Origin: Macrostomum lignano
Taxonomy: Eukaryota
Direction of reading: 5' to 3'
DNA length: 64,000 nucleotides
Assembly: GCA_002269645.1 (NCBI GenBank)
Contig: NIVC01000112.1
Coordinates: 16,696-80,695, forward strand
Positions 24,115 through 36,798 of the stretch are shown piece after piece. The translations under genes and the position numbers were made by a program. Each line of letters begins with the position of its first letter. Within the stretch, counting starts at the first letter, position 1. Below the pieces are notes generated by a model. That model made no database searches. It worked only from the letters and a program-made list of their open reading frames with translations, and was not told the origin of the DNA.

Positions 24115-24489
24115 ACTTATGTCAATTAAAATTTCTATAGGAGAGGGCATTCGAAAGTTACCGCAGACAGGCAAAAAATCTCTGAACACAACAGAATTCG
24201 AAGCTGAAAACGTTTTAGATAAGCTGGAAAAGTACAGAATGTCTGGCGCATACAAATAAGACAATGTGGATCTCGAACAATTACTGAGTGGCAAAATCTG
24301 TTCGTGCACTGAGCTCATTCGATTTAGTGATGAGAAAGAAAGTGCGAAGGCCCTGCTTGTATAAAATTGATTGACAGGTAGACCTAATGAATCACATGCG
24401 AGCATAGCTGACTTAGTTATTGACTAGGCAGTGTGCATGACTTCCGATTGATAATGTCCGGCGATCGTTGCGTATTGAAGGAAGTTAGA

Positions 24490-24965
24490 AGTATGGTAAA
24501 TAGGGAATTAGGAGAGAATTAGGAAATAGCGAGAGAGATTACGAGAGGGGAATTAAAGAGGGCGGATGAAGAAATAATTCAGTTAGGGGAATGAGAGAGG
24601 GGAATTAGGTACGTCAATGATAGGGGTAAATAGGGTAGGGGAATAAGAAAGGGAACTCAGGCTAGGGGAATGAGAGAGGGAGCTCAGGCTAGGGGAATGA
24701 GAGAGGGAAATCAGGCTAGGAGAATGAGAGGGGAATTAGGCTAGGGGAATGAGAGAGGGAATGACAGAGGGGAATCAGGCTGGGAGAATGAGGGAGGGGA
24801 ATTAGGGTAGGGGAATGAGAGAGAGGGGAATCAGGCTAGTGGAATGATAGAGGGTAATTAGGCTAAGGAAATGAGAGCGGGGATCAGACCAGAGGAGTAA
24901 GAGAGGGGAATTAGGCCAGGGGAGTAAGAGAGGGGAATCAGGCCAGGGTAATGAGAGCGGGGAAT
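24490..24965. repeat. Degenerate purine-rich ~25-bp repeat (GGCTAGGGGAATGAGAGAGGGGAATCA)
   Basis: Visible tandem degenerate units just downstream of the ZDHHC stop codon. Confidence 0.75.
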
Positions 24966-25096
24966 TTAGATACAATGTAACGAAACGACAGGAGAATTCC
25001 GGGAACGAGGAGAATCAGAGAATGAAAACCCAGTCAGTCAGCTGGTGACTCAACTGAAGCAACTGTGCCGATATGTATCGAAATCAAAGAAACTCT

Positions 25097-27133
25097 TCAG
25101 GCAGTCTTGGCCGGCCTGGCGAAGTCCTCGGGCATTGGCAGGGCCGGGCAGGGCCACAGAAACTGCAGCAGGCCGCAGCGGCCGAACACCCTGGCGCAGT
25201 TTCGCCTGCAGCTGCCCAGCGACATCTTCGGCGCCGACACCTCGGCGAACTCGTGCGGCGTCTGGCCGCGGCAGACCAGCAGCAGTTGGAAGAAGAAAAA
25301 ATAAAAGCTCGCCAAAACGCCGAATAGCGTAGCGAATAACAGCGTCACCATGGCAACCACTGAAGCGTCGGCGTTGCCGGTAGCATACAGAACGACAGTA
25401 ATGGGATAAAAGTACATCCAGATATTCACGGACAGGGCTGGCTGGAACACCCTGGCCAGGTACAGGTACTGCAGACAGACGCACAGGCTGCTGCCCAGCA
25501 ACACATGGAGCATCAGGGGGAGGAAATGCCGGCGGTTGCACCGGCCGATGCAGCAGGCGGTGAAGAAGCAGTGGTGGTCGTGGCCGAGGACGCACACGCG
25601 GCAGAGTGGGCAGTGGTGCGCGCCGGGTGGCCTCTTGGCCCGGCAGTGCAGGCAGAACTCCGCGTTGGCCAATCCGGAGTAGCCCAGAACGGTTGAGGAC
25701 CCGTTAGTTGACGCCGGAGTGCGAGCGAAGGCCGTGCTGGTGGCGCTGTTGCGGCGGGATGTGCGCAGCACAGCGAAATAGTTGGCCAGAACCTGCGGGT
25801 AGGCGGTTTTGCCGGTTATGACGCCTGGGACATTTCTTGGAAAATGAATAGATTTTTCTATGAAAAGATATATAAATCATGGGTTCTTCGAAACAAATCC
25901 GACGATTCTTAGAAACTAACCAGACGATTCTTGGAAACCAACCTTGCTATTCTTAGAAACTAACCACATAATTCCTAGAAACTAACCACATAATTCCTAG
26001 AAACTAACCACATAATTCCTAGAAACTAACCACATAATTCCTAGAAACTAACCACATAATTCCTAGAAACTAACCACATAATTCCTAGAAACTAACCACA
26101 TAATTCCTAGAAACTAACCACATAATTCCTAGAAACTAACCACATAATTCCTAGAAACTAACCTGACGATTCTTAGAAACTAACCAGACGATTCTTAGAA
26201 ACTAACCAGACGATTCTTAGAAACTAATCAGACGATTCTTAGAAACTAACCAGACGATTCTTAGAAACTAACCTGACGATTCTTGGAAACTAACCAGACG
26301 ATTCTTAGAAACTAACCAGACGATTCTTAGAAACTAACCAGACGATTCTTTGAAACCAACCTTGCTATTCTTAGAAACTAACCAAATAATTCCTAGAAAC
26401 TAACCAAATAATTCCTAGAAACTAACCACATAATTCCTAGAAACTAACGACATAATTCCTAGAAACTAACCTTACGATTCTTGGAAACTAACCAGACGAT
26501 TCTTAGAAAATAACCAGACGATTCTTGGAAACTAACCTGACGATTCTTGGAAACTAACCTGACGATTCTTGGAAACTAACCAGACGATTCTTAGAAGCAA
26601 AAATCACTATTCTCAGTAAGTTTACTTCAGGTTTTTGCTTCAAATTATTTGATGATTTTCATAAATCAAGTTGAACTGTTACTACGAAACGAATCTAACA
26701 GATTCTCGTGAACGAATCCAGGTGATTCTAAGAAATCGAAACGAATTAGATCGGGAAATTCTTAGAATCGAATCAGAGATTTTTTGAAGCGAATAAGATC
26801 GACTTTTAGAAACTTTTTATAGTTACTTCGAGAAAAGTAATCAGGCCGTTTCTTAGAAATAAAATAATTTTAGAGCAATTATTCATTTTTCATGGTCTTA
26901 TTACTACACTGTTCCGAAAGAGTGGAAGCTCAGGTGTCTAGATAAGATATTCTTACCTCGGCTATGACACAGTACAGCAGGAGCCGCACACAGCCCGGAC
27001 TCGCCAGATCCCCATCCGCTGACAGTCTCGGCAGCACCAGCAGATCTGCGGTGAAGAAGCAGGCAGCAGTGACGCCGAAAAAGTACACCACACCGGCCGC
27101 GTTTAACAGGTTGAGGCTGAGAGCGCGCTCCAT
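25097..27133 (-). CDS. DHHC palmitoyl S-acyltransferase (ZDHHC22/24-like), 2 exons, about 290 aa
   Basis: Exons 27133-26957 and 25792-25097 (GT-AG, phase 0). Intact Cys-rich domain FCLHCRAKRPPGAHHCPLCRVCVLGHDHHCFFTACCIGRCNRRHF, hydrophobic helices and QLLLVCRGQT. The HDHHCFFT and RGQT motifs suggest the ZDHHC22/24 clade. Confidence 0.9.
25885..26597. repeat. 22-bp minisatellite with two unit types (TCCTAGAAACTAACCACATAAT / TCTTAGAAACTAACCAGACGAT), ZDHHC intron
   Basis: Blocks of each variant alternate along the array. Confidence 0.93.
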
Positions 27134-28410
27134 CGGTTGGCTGCTCTGCTGTTGGCCTCAACCTGAGGGTTGGGCCGCTGTAACTTGGCCGACCTAAATG
27201 CCCAGCACGGCAAAGGTATCTCAAAAAACACAATGTGGCTTTATGTCGCAATGCTTTACAGACAGAACAATGCAGAAACAGATCTGGAAAATATGAATAA
27301 GGTTTTTGGGGAAGTTAGTGGCATTGATGTACACCAGGTAAAAATGTCAACCTGTAGCTGTTAAACAGTGGTGCGGATCCCACGTACAACGTACCACGTC
27401 CCATTAAAATGGATAGTTGCGGTTTTAAGATTCAAAGACATTCATTTCAGAATTATCCTAATTAAGTCCTCGACCATACCACCGTTCTCAACTTTTCATC
27501 CTTAAGTCTAAAAACCGCCTCAAAAATTCATCAACAGAAGCCTTTGTAGAAATGCATGCAATGAAGAAAAGACCCGATCGTTAGATTCATTTGAGTCATC
27601 AAAGTAAAAAAGACAAGGAGATTAGAGAAGAGATGAAGAGAGAGAAAGCAGATTAACGTCAACTCCGGGAGCCCAATTATCTGCACCTGGCAACAGAGAT
27701 TGCTAATTAGCAGGATTATTACTAGAATGCATGACAGTGTTCAGCGTTTCACCGAGGTGAATGACACGAGTGAAGGATCAGCTCTATATATGCACACTAT
27801 TTATAACAATGCATATTAATCAATGAGGCTCGTCTCTCAACAATGCAGCTCAAACTGTGACTTCTTGCCCTCAGCTGCCCCTGGAGGACTGGCAGACCTG
27901 AAGTCCTTGACGAGTGGGTGGAAGAGACGTCAATCAGAGCGGGATAGGGAGGCCAACTTAGGGCGGATAAGCTCGGCTTATTATTCACGGTTAAGAGGAG
28001 CCCCGGAGGATGAGAAGATGAGGCAGGCAGCCAGGCTCATCATCGCCTACTCAGTCCTCTCTGCTCCCAGTCTCTTTCCCTCGGGGGGAAGGGAGCTAGC
28101 TCGGGTCGAATTGAGACGCCTAACTTATCAGTTTCCAGTGCCTCCTCTATCTCAACCTTTATATCTGCTGCCCCTAGAAGCCTCGCTCAACCTTTTTTGC
28201 AAGAGCGCGACGGGCCCTCCTGGCCACGGAGCTCTCCAATTGGGCGATTCACGGGGCAGCAGAGAAAGCCAAAAAAGAAAAACAGTGGCGGATAGGCAAA
28301 TGGATAAGAGATAAGAGGAACGAAAAAGAGATTTGTGACGCACCGGATAACTGTATCGAAGTCAAAGCTCCGCTGTTAGCCAGCGATACCCGATCGATTG
28401 CTTGCAAACG

Positions 28411-30864
28411 ATGAAGCTACCAAGTGTTCTCCTGTCCTACCTGAGCATACTGCTCCTAGCAAAATCGGCGCAAGGAAATTTCACGGCCAAACAAAAGCGA
28501 ATCCTGCAAGACATCTACCAGGTAGTAGCGCAAGATTTTCACTACAGGCGACATGAATGGAACTCCTTAGCTGTGAGGTACACAGGATTTTTGCACTTCT
28601 TTGGCACCAGTTGGCGCTTAGTAACCAGACTCGGCGGCACGTACAGCGTGGGCTCGTCCACCTACTACAACCGGTGGAACTGGGACCAGGCGCTAGAAGA
28701 GTCCACTGAGCTTCTGCGCAGCCTAGAAAGGTACCACCGAGTCTATAGACACCTCAGCTGGAATGGAGACAAGGAGCTTCAAGCCGAGTGGTACAAGCGC
28801 AATCCCAGGCACTGGTCGGACGCTGTCACCTTTCTAGACTTTATGTCGAGTCGGTCTGGCCAGCTGCACAATCCGGCAGGCGCTGAGGTGCCGGGCTATT
28901 TATCAGCCGATCGTAAACAATATGACGAGCTGCTTCGACTCGCCTACAGCGGCTATACTGCCTGTCCCTCAGCTCTGGCCAACGTCACCCGTCAGCTGTT
29001 GGATTCGACAGTCCAAATAATCAATGAAACCAGCCGTCAAGTGGACGCGATGCTTTACGAAGACGAACCATTGTCAAGAAACCTATCGGACTCAACGAAC
29101 ACTTCAATTGCAGACGACGCAGTCATACAACTAGTGTCGATAACAAGCGAATACAACCTCCTGTCTGGCCTAGTCTGGGACACAATGCCAGCGCTGATAG
29201 CTAACTATTCCCAATCGATAGCAGACTCGCCAGCGGGCTGTCAGAATCGCACAGGCCCGATGTCGACAGAGCAGCTGACCAGTCGAGCTAACAACATTAG
29301 CCATGCCGTGGCTAGCCTAGGGCGACAAGTGCTGGCCCACGTGCTGCTTTTTATGCAGCACTATCAGGAGCACTGGTCTCAATGCTGCACTGATAACAAG
29401 ATTTCCGAACCCGATCTCACTAATGAGCAGCGGGCGAGTCTACTAGCATTCTATTGCCGCGTATTGCAAGAAGACATTGACAAAGACTTAGCTAGGCACC
29501 TGGAGACGGGCGAGATGACGCAGCTAAGGCAGCTGTTGGCTACTTGCAATCAGGCGACGGTCACTGGCGGCAGATGCTACAGCATTCTGGCCGACCTCTG
29601 GCATCAGCTGCGGAGGAAGATATCTCGCGAGTACTCGGCCTTTCAGCAGTACTCAAACCGCATACCAGCCATCCTGCAGGCGAAATCAATCATGAAGTTT
29701 GTCCTCCCAATGCTGGCCGTGGTTGGCTCCAGCCTCAACTTCGTCATCATATTGTATTACGCCAGACATACGCAGGTACGAAAGGTTGGTCGCAATTTTT
29801 TAATAGTATTGCTGGCCTGCTTTGACACTAGCATACTTATCGCATCGAACTTGGTTTTATTCACCGACAAGTACATGGAGCACGATCAAGAATTGAAGCC
29901 TAATGGAGCAACAGATATCTGGTGCAAATTTCAAGTCTATTTACTAAACCTAACAGTTGAATCTAGCGCATTCACGGTGGTAATCCTCAGCATAGAACGT
30001 TTCCTAGCCGTCCACTCGCTCTTCAGACAGACTTCATCAACAGGCGCACGCAAAGAGCTGCCATTCAGGCAACTGGCCATTCTGTCATTGTGCGCATTCT
30101 GCTTTGCCTGCATATTTAACTGCATGCTGATCATCGGAGACGAAATCGCTGCACCGGCTAAGTCAACAGTTGGCCGCCAGTGCGTCCAGTACGTCAGGCT
30201 GCAAAACTTTCGCACCAATTTAGCATTTGTAACGCTGGTAAAGCCGGTGTTAAACGCTCTGGCCAGAAGCCTCCTGCCTTACAGTTTGGTCTGCGCTCTC
30301 AGCCTGGCAACCTGTTGGTTGCTATTCAAGAAAGGCGCTTATCAGAGTTTGCGCAACGAAGAGCACGGAATGCAGCAGCAGATGGAGGAACCAGCGGTAC
30401 CTGCATCGCCAATGCAACAGCAACAGTATCAGCAGGATGGCCAGCTAAGCAGAGCAATTGGTCAGTTGGGTCTGGCGCTTGCCTACCTGGTGCTTACAGC
30501 TCCAGCGCCTGTGATCTACACAATGTTCATGACGGCTCACGCGGACCGTCTCATAGTTAAACTGTCCAACGGCCTGTACGACGAAGTAGATCCGGCATTT
30601 CGAACCCACTGGAGCCGCATCGGGCAGCTGACGGTGGCTCAGTACGCCACAGAGTACGTGCTGGTACCGCTTAGCGCGTCTATCAACTTCTGGGTATTCT
30701 ACATCACTGACAGGTCCTTCCGAACTTATGTCAATGGCTGCTTCGGCTCAGCCAGAGGTTCCGCAACGGTTGCAACAGGCGACTACGACGAGGGGATGGC
30801 AGCGGCAGCGGATGCCAACGAGGAGTTGACCGACTGCTATGAACTGCACACGGAGACTCTGTGA
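28411..30864 (+). CDS. Single-exon rhodopsin-like (class A, peptide-receptor-like) GPCR, 817 aa, with a signal peptide and a ~400 aa N-terminal ectodomain
   Basis: Uninterrupted ORF from ATG 28411. Signal peptide MKLPSVLLSYLSILLLAKSAQG. TM1 VVGSSLN, TM2 LLACFD, WCK plus TM3 SIERFLAV, ECL2 Cys (RQCV), TM5 LLPY, TM6 LVLTAP, TM7 INFWVFY, helix 8 SFRTYV. Confidence 0.88.
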   Translation: MKLPSVLLSYLSILLLAKSAQGNFTAKQKRILQDIYQVVAQDFHYRRHEWNSLAVRYTGFLHFFGTSWRLVTRLGGTYSVGSSTYYNRWNWDQALEESTELLRSLERYHRVYRHLSWNGDKELQAEWYKRNPRHWSDAVTFLDFMSSRSGQLHNPAGAEVPGYLSADRKQYDELLRLAYSGYTACPSALANVTRQLLDSTVQIINETSRQVDAMLYEDEPLSRNLSDSTNTSIADDAVIQLVSITSEYNLLSGLVWDTMPALIANYSQSIADSPAGCQNRTGPMSTEQLTSRANNISHAVASLGRQVLAHVLLFMQHYQEHWSQCCTDNKISEPDLTNEQRASLLAFYCRVLQEDIDKDLARHLETGEMTQLRQLLATCNQATVTGGRCYSILADLWHQLRRKISREYSAFQQYSNRIPAILQAKSIMKFVLPMLAVVGSSLNFVIILYYARHTQVRKVGRNFLIVLLACFDTSILIASNLVLFTDKYMEHDQELKPNGATDIWCKFQVYLLNLTVESSAFTVVILSIERFLAVHSLFRQTSSTGARKELPFRQLAILSLCAFCFACIFNCMLIIGDEIAAPAKSTVGRQCVQYVRLQNFRTNLAFVTLVKPVLNALARSLLPYSLVCALSLATCWLLFKKGAYQSLRNEEHGMQQQMEEPAVPASPMQQQQYQQDGQLSRAIGQLGLALAYLVLTAPAPVIYTMFMTAHADRLIVKLSNGLYDEVDPAFRTHWSRIGQLTVAQYATEYVLVPLSASINFWVFYITDRSFRTYVNGCFGSARGSATVATGDYDEGMAAAADANEELTDCYELHTETL

Positions 30865-31416
30865 ACCCTGCGATATCTATGACCTTATATAACCGTGACT
30901 ATTTGACAATTTCACTTAAGTCACATGACACTGAAGCCTCCTGGCAATTTTTTCTTGAACCGTGAATATTTGCACTTTAAAATGTTTCTGTGAAAACTAT
31001 CATCACGCATCTAAAAACTTTGTACACTCTTTATTATTTATAAATATATCCTAGCAAGCACACTTATGAAAGCACTGATGAAAATAAAAACGTTGCTGGA
31101 AATCTTCAGATAGATTTCCTTGGCATAATTCTGATTTAAATATAGTCTAGAAAAAATAAAGCTCGGCAATAAGACCGTGTCTAAGAGACAGATTATATCA
31201 CTTCATCTTCTGCAATCCTATTTGCGTGTCGCGATGATTTAAATAGCAATAAACTGAAAAAAAAACTCGGAAAATTTCAAAGCTGAATCAAGATGAAGGA
31301 TTTAATCACGTAATCAGAATGTATATTTAGAACTCAGCTTCGTAATCAGCAACGAAAGCTCAAACATACAGCCCTAATTATTGGGGACACGAGATTTGCC
31401 CGCAGACGAATTGCCC

Positions 31417-31688
31417 GCCGAGGTTTGCCAGCAATGCTTTTTCCCTGCAGCGCATTGAGCTACAGATGTAGTTAAAAAATGAATGGCTCACAGATGCGCC
31501 CCTCTATGTATATGGAAATGAAAAAATACAAGAAGAATATGCATTTAATATGCAGTTACCATCAAAACGTTTTTATCGGGTAAATCTTTTATTAAGAATT
31601 ACTAAGCATTGGATGGGGGCAATGCAGAAATAATCAGCCACGTGGCAAAGTGCGCTGCAGCAAAAAAGCATTGCGGGCAAACCTCGGC
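31417..31688. mobile_element. MITE-like element with ~38-bp imperfect inverted ends; a more decayed relative lies at ~21260-21605
   Basis: gccgaggtttgccagcaatgctttttccctgcagcgca (31417-31454) is inverted relative to tgcgctgcagcaaaaaagcattgcgggcaaacctcggc (31651-31688). The segments ttactaagcattg and aaaaagcattgc.ggcaaa.ctc recur at ~21550-21605. Confidence 0.6.
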
Positions 31689-31719
31689 AATTCTCTCATC
31701 ATCTCTTTTCCCGTACCTT

Positions 31720-32590
31720 CATCTTCCCTGATCCCATCTCTCTCTTCTCTTATCCCTCACTCTCTTCCCGTATCCCCACTCTTTTCCCTTATCCCTCACT
31801 CTCTTCTCTTATCCCTCACTCTCTTTCATTATCTCTCACTCTCTTCTCTTATCCCTCACTCTCTTCCATTATCCCTCACTCTCTTCTCTTATCCCTCACT
31901 CTCTTCTCTTATCCCTCACTCTCTTCCATTATCCCTCACTCTCTTCTCTTATCCCTCACTCTCTTCCCTTATCCCTCACTCTCTTCTCTTATCCCTCACT
32001 CTCTTCTCTTATCCCTCACTCTCTTCTCTTATCCCTCACTCTCTTCTCTTATCCCTCACTCTCTTCTCTTATCCCTCACTCTCTTCCCTTATCCCTCACT
32101 CTCTTCTCTTATCCCTCACTCTCTTCCCTTATCCCTCACTCTCTTCTCTTATCCCTCACTCTCTTCCCTTATCCCTCACTCTCTTCTCTTATCCCTCACT
32201 CTCTTCCCTTATCCCTCACTCTCTTCTCTTATCCCTCACTCTCTTCTCTTATCCCTCACTCTCTTCTCTTATCCCTCACTCTCTTCCCTTATCCCTCACT
32301 CTCTTCTCTTATCTCTCACTCTCTTCCCTGATCCCTCACTCTCTTCTCTTATCCCTCACTCTCTTCCCTGATCCCTCACTCTCTTCTCTTATCCCTCACT
32401 CTCTTCCCTTATCCCTCACTCTCTTCTCTTATCCCTCACTCTCTTCCCTGATCCCTCACTCTCTTCTCTTATCCCTCACTCTCTTCCCTGATCCCTCACT
32501 CTCTTCTCTTATCCCTCACTCTCTTCCCTGATCCCTCACTCTCTTCTCTTATCCCTCACTCTCTTCCCTTATCCCTCACTCTCTTCTCTT
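31720..32590. repeat. 20-bp pyrimidine-rich minisatellite (CTCTTCTCTTATCCCTCACT), about 42 copies
   Basis: Direct tandem periodicity; explains ORF 31650-32531. Confidence 0.95.
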
Positions 32591-35500
32591 CATTCTCTTC
32601 ATTCTCTTCCCTGATCTTCCATTCTCACACCTATCACTCTTCACTCGTAGCTCGCAGATTCGTAGATTATTGTTCACTTATTTCCATATCTAATAAAAGT
32701 TTTATTTAATTTATCATTTCCCTATCAAAATTACCGGGATTACATAAAAGTGGACAGAAATCGGAAAGCCTGAACAAGAAGCAACAGTGTCGGGTATTAA
32801 AAGCACAGCCAAGAGAGAACGAAGACTCCAAAGCAAACTCAGGCGTGACCCTAAAATCTGGGAGCTTCCCCGCCCCAGAGAAAAATGTAGACGGGGAGAC
32901 AAGGGAGATAGAGACCAGGGCGCGAACAAACAAGGCAATCCGAGCTTAGCCGAGTGGAAAACTCGGGCTCTAAGGGGGGAAAGGGAACAGGGAGGCCAAA
33001 CTAACCAAAATTTTAATCAAATTCAGCACAGCGAGCGGCGGGATCCTTCAGCCAGCCGTGGCAGCCGCCCCGAGTCCTCCTGACACAAGCTTGTCCTATC
33101 CAGCAATTTCTAATCCCACATCCCAAACTCTTCTTCCTTGCTTTTGATGAGAGAAATCTCTGTTAAAAAATCTAAATCAGAGTTTCTAAAAAGTCTGTTT
33201 AAACTCCCATATGCCAAGGACTAAGGAGGAAATTTCCCCGATAACTTTTTTGGTTTTGTTGCACAAAAAAATCCAAAAGATTATTGCTTAGTTAGAATTA
33301 TATAGGAATATAAGTCGGCTGTCAGCAGTTTCATTAAATTTTAGAAGCCTATAATGGCTCTCTATTTTGGTCTCTAGCAGCAAAAATGTTGAGAATTTTC
33401 ATCTCTTGCCCATTGCACTGACCCCTGAGCTCATGACAGGCAGGCAAATACTCAAAGCTGGCCCTGCCTGATTCATGCTCACACAAGATGTGCAGTGACC
33501 CTATGCTGCTTTTCTCCTATCTCTTGAACTTTAAATTCTGTGCATATACCTTAGTTGCAATCTAATTTATAATTACAAAAAAAGAATAATTTTTATTCAT
33601 GTACTACCACTAGTAGCATATTATGGTAATAATTGCATAAATTTTTATATTAAAAGTGGAAAAGGATAATTTACTAAAAACTCTAATGTTCATTGTTCAA
33701 CCATAAATATGGCTATAGAATATAACAAAATATTGCATGAGCAATAATAGCTAGTAGATACACTAAAAAACTTATAAATCTGAATATATAACACTTGTAG
33801 TTTGAACTTTTTAGTTTATAATTTTTTTTCTAAAATGTAGATATTTACAACTCTAGTATAATAGGTTTTTACTGTTTAAAAACTATAAATTAAACATTTT
33901 TTTAAATTATAGGTCTAACACAGATCAATGTGAAAGTTAAAATAATATTACAATGACAATTAGTGAAAAAAGCATAGTTTATTATCCAAAATAGAATTCT
34001 GTAATACTAATTTTTGTTTGCTACTTTTTTGTCTACTAATATTCATAGAGTCATTTTTTCTACTCATTTGGGTCATTTCTTCTGCTATAAAAAACTCCAA
34101 TACAAGATTAATGAACTTAGAAAAGGGTTCTAGTCTCAATGTAAGAAGATTTCTTAATAATTTTTGCTTACCTTCAGATGTTCCAAGATGTTAAGATGTA
34201 CAATGAAGTACATATAAATGTAGATATACATGTAGGGCTATATATATAATTCAATAGATTCCTAAGTGCTACACTTTGATTTTGTATACTAATGCATTGT
34301 TAATTTTATTATATCTATGTATAAAGTATAAAATTATTACAACAATATACAAAGCCATTTAAAAAATACTACTTTTGTTCAAACAAGTAAATTAATATAT
34401 TATATTAATTGAACTTTTGAACCTTTTATTTAATTTTAAGCCTATCCTGTGGGTGCAAAACCATATAACTAGGACCTATATCATATTTGTCTACTAGTAA
34501 AAGTTCTTACATTTGCTTGAAAGGTGGCAAACAAAATCACTATATACTAAATAGGCCTACTATTAAGGCTAAAGGAAAAAAACATTTTTTTTTCAAGATG
34601 CAAGAACAATGTAATAAACTATTTTTTTCTATTCTCAAGGCTTAATCAATTTTTTATATTAAAAATATTTAAATTTTTTATATTTTTTTATTGTTCCTAT
34701 TTTTTATAATAGGTTAGCTTTGTTGCCTCTAGTTATAAAACAACATATTAATATGCATAAGTATATCCATTAAAAAAACAAAAATTAAGATATTGGCTTT
34801 ACTATAGCAAAATTAGCAAAAAACCTTTTTATAGGCCTTTTATATAGGCCCATATTATATACCTATATGCCCCTTATTAGTAGCCAAGGGTCAACTTATA
34901 CCAAATGTTTCTTTTAAATACAAGAAAGTTGAAACAGTAAATATACTAGATAAAGCCAATTGTCTCCTATTTTTCTTTGCTAAAGATGCTTGACACTTTG
35001 AGCCTTAGTAGAATAGTATGCCAAGAAATTATTAAATCTAATAGGAATCTAGTAGGAATTGGACCATAATTAAAAACTTCAATAAAGGTTCCCATGGCTT
35101 GCCAATATGTATATAAAAAGCAAGTTTGAATAGTGTTTTTTGCAAATGTTTGGCTTTGCTTATATATGGTCATAAAATAATAATAAAGAATAAAAAGCAA
35201 ATATAAGTTACAAACAATAGAAAAATCTTGTTCTAATATTGTAAAGTATTTTTATACTTTTTTTATAGATAAAACCAATAGATATAGAAATATACATCTG
35301 ACTTTCATTTAGATGATAAAAAACTATATAAAATTTTTCATAAAAAGATAGGCCTATTAAAAAATGGTAACACACAAAAAGAAACTTGCATTTTTTAAAT
35401 TGAATAACATTGTCAAAGCTAGCATAAGATAGCATAAAAAGCCTTTATAAAATGCAAGAACAATGTAATAAACTATTTTTTTCTATTCTCAAGGCTTAAT

Positions 35501-36798
35501 CAATTTTTTATATTAAAAATACTTAAATTTTTTATATTTTTTATTGTTCCTATTTTTTTATAATAGGTTAGCTTTGTTGCCTCTAGTTATAAAACAACAT
35601 ATTAATATGCATAAGTATATCCATTAAAAAAACAAAAATTAAGATATTGGCTTTACTATAGCAAAATTAGCAAAAAACCTTTTTATAGGCCTTTTAGTCT
35701 TATGCATTTCAAGCTTAAGGCTAACTTTTTTAGGTTTTATTGCAAAGGTTTTGGCTATTCTGGTTATATTAGATTTACTTGTTTGAACAAAAGTAGTCTT
35801 TTTTAAATGGCTTTGTATATTGTTGTAATAATTTTATACTTTACATATAGATATAATAAAATTAACAATGCATTAGTATACAATTCAAAGTATAGCACTT
35901 GGGAATCTATTGAATCATATATATAGTCCTACATGTATATCTACATTTATATGTACTTCATGTATTAGATTTATTTTATCAATAGATAAATAAGAGATAA
36001 AGAAGCTAAAATATTAGACCCTAAGCCTAGCTTAGGCCTAAGCATTGAAATTGGTTTTTAAAAATATTAAAATGTTAATAGGCTTAATAAACAATTTTTC
36101 AATCAAAAATTATTAGGCCTAAGCCTATTTGCCTATAGTACTCAATAGTACTTGTTGTATGCATATGCGAATTATTTGTCTATGTGCAAAACCATCTGCC
36201 CCCATTTATATGTTGACCCCAAACAAGCAACCAAATATATTAACTCATTTTCAGCCTAGCACCAATTACTGTGGCTTAATGCCAAGAACATAACATGGTG
36301 TTGCAAGCAGGATTACATGGTCAAGTTAGTAAGCGACCAAATTTTCTGTCCCAATTGCGTGTACATCCACCAATGTCTACTACTAGAACAGCTCTCTACT
36401 ACTGGTGTATCTCAGAAGCAAGGTGAAGCACAAGAGGCCCTAGACAAGCCAAAGACCGTATAGCCAAGGCAAAGTCAATGGTCAACAAGGGAGTCCCGGC
36501 ATCCAAGTTGCATTACAAGAAGTTGGATGAACCAGTTAAAGCTTAAAAGGGGAGATAAAGAAGAAAGAACTGTAAAATTGATTTGCTTAAAAGGGGAGAT
36601 ATTGTATGCATATGTGAATTATTTGTCTATGTGCAAAACCATCTGCCCCTATTTATATGTTGACCCCAAACAAGCGACCAAATATTTAACTCATTTTTGG
36701 CCTAGCATCGATTACTGTGGCATAATGTCAATAAAATAACAGTACTATAGTATAGTAAGCCTACTCAATAGTACAGATAGTACTCAATAGGCAAAATA

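Noticed and set aside
24490-24965. Telomere-like repeat
   Set aside because: Only scattered TTAGGG hexamers within a longer degenerate purine-rich unit; no (TTAGGG)n tract.
25885-26597. TTC...GAA motifs in the ZDHHC intron array as heat shock elements
   Set aside because: Spacing is 3 nt (TTCctaGAA / TTCttaGAA), not the 2 nt required for an HSE.
31650-32531. 293-aa Ser/Leu/Pro-rich ORF
   Set aside because: Product of the 20-bp pyrimidine repeat, which lacks stop codons by composition.
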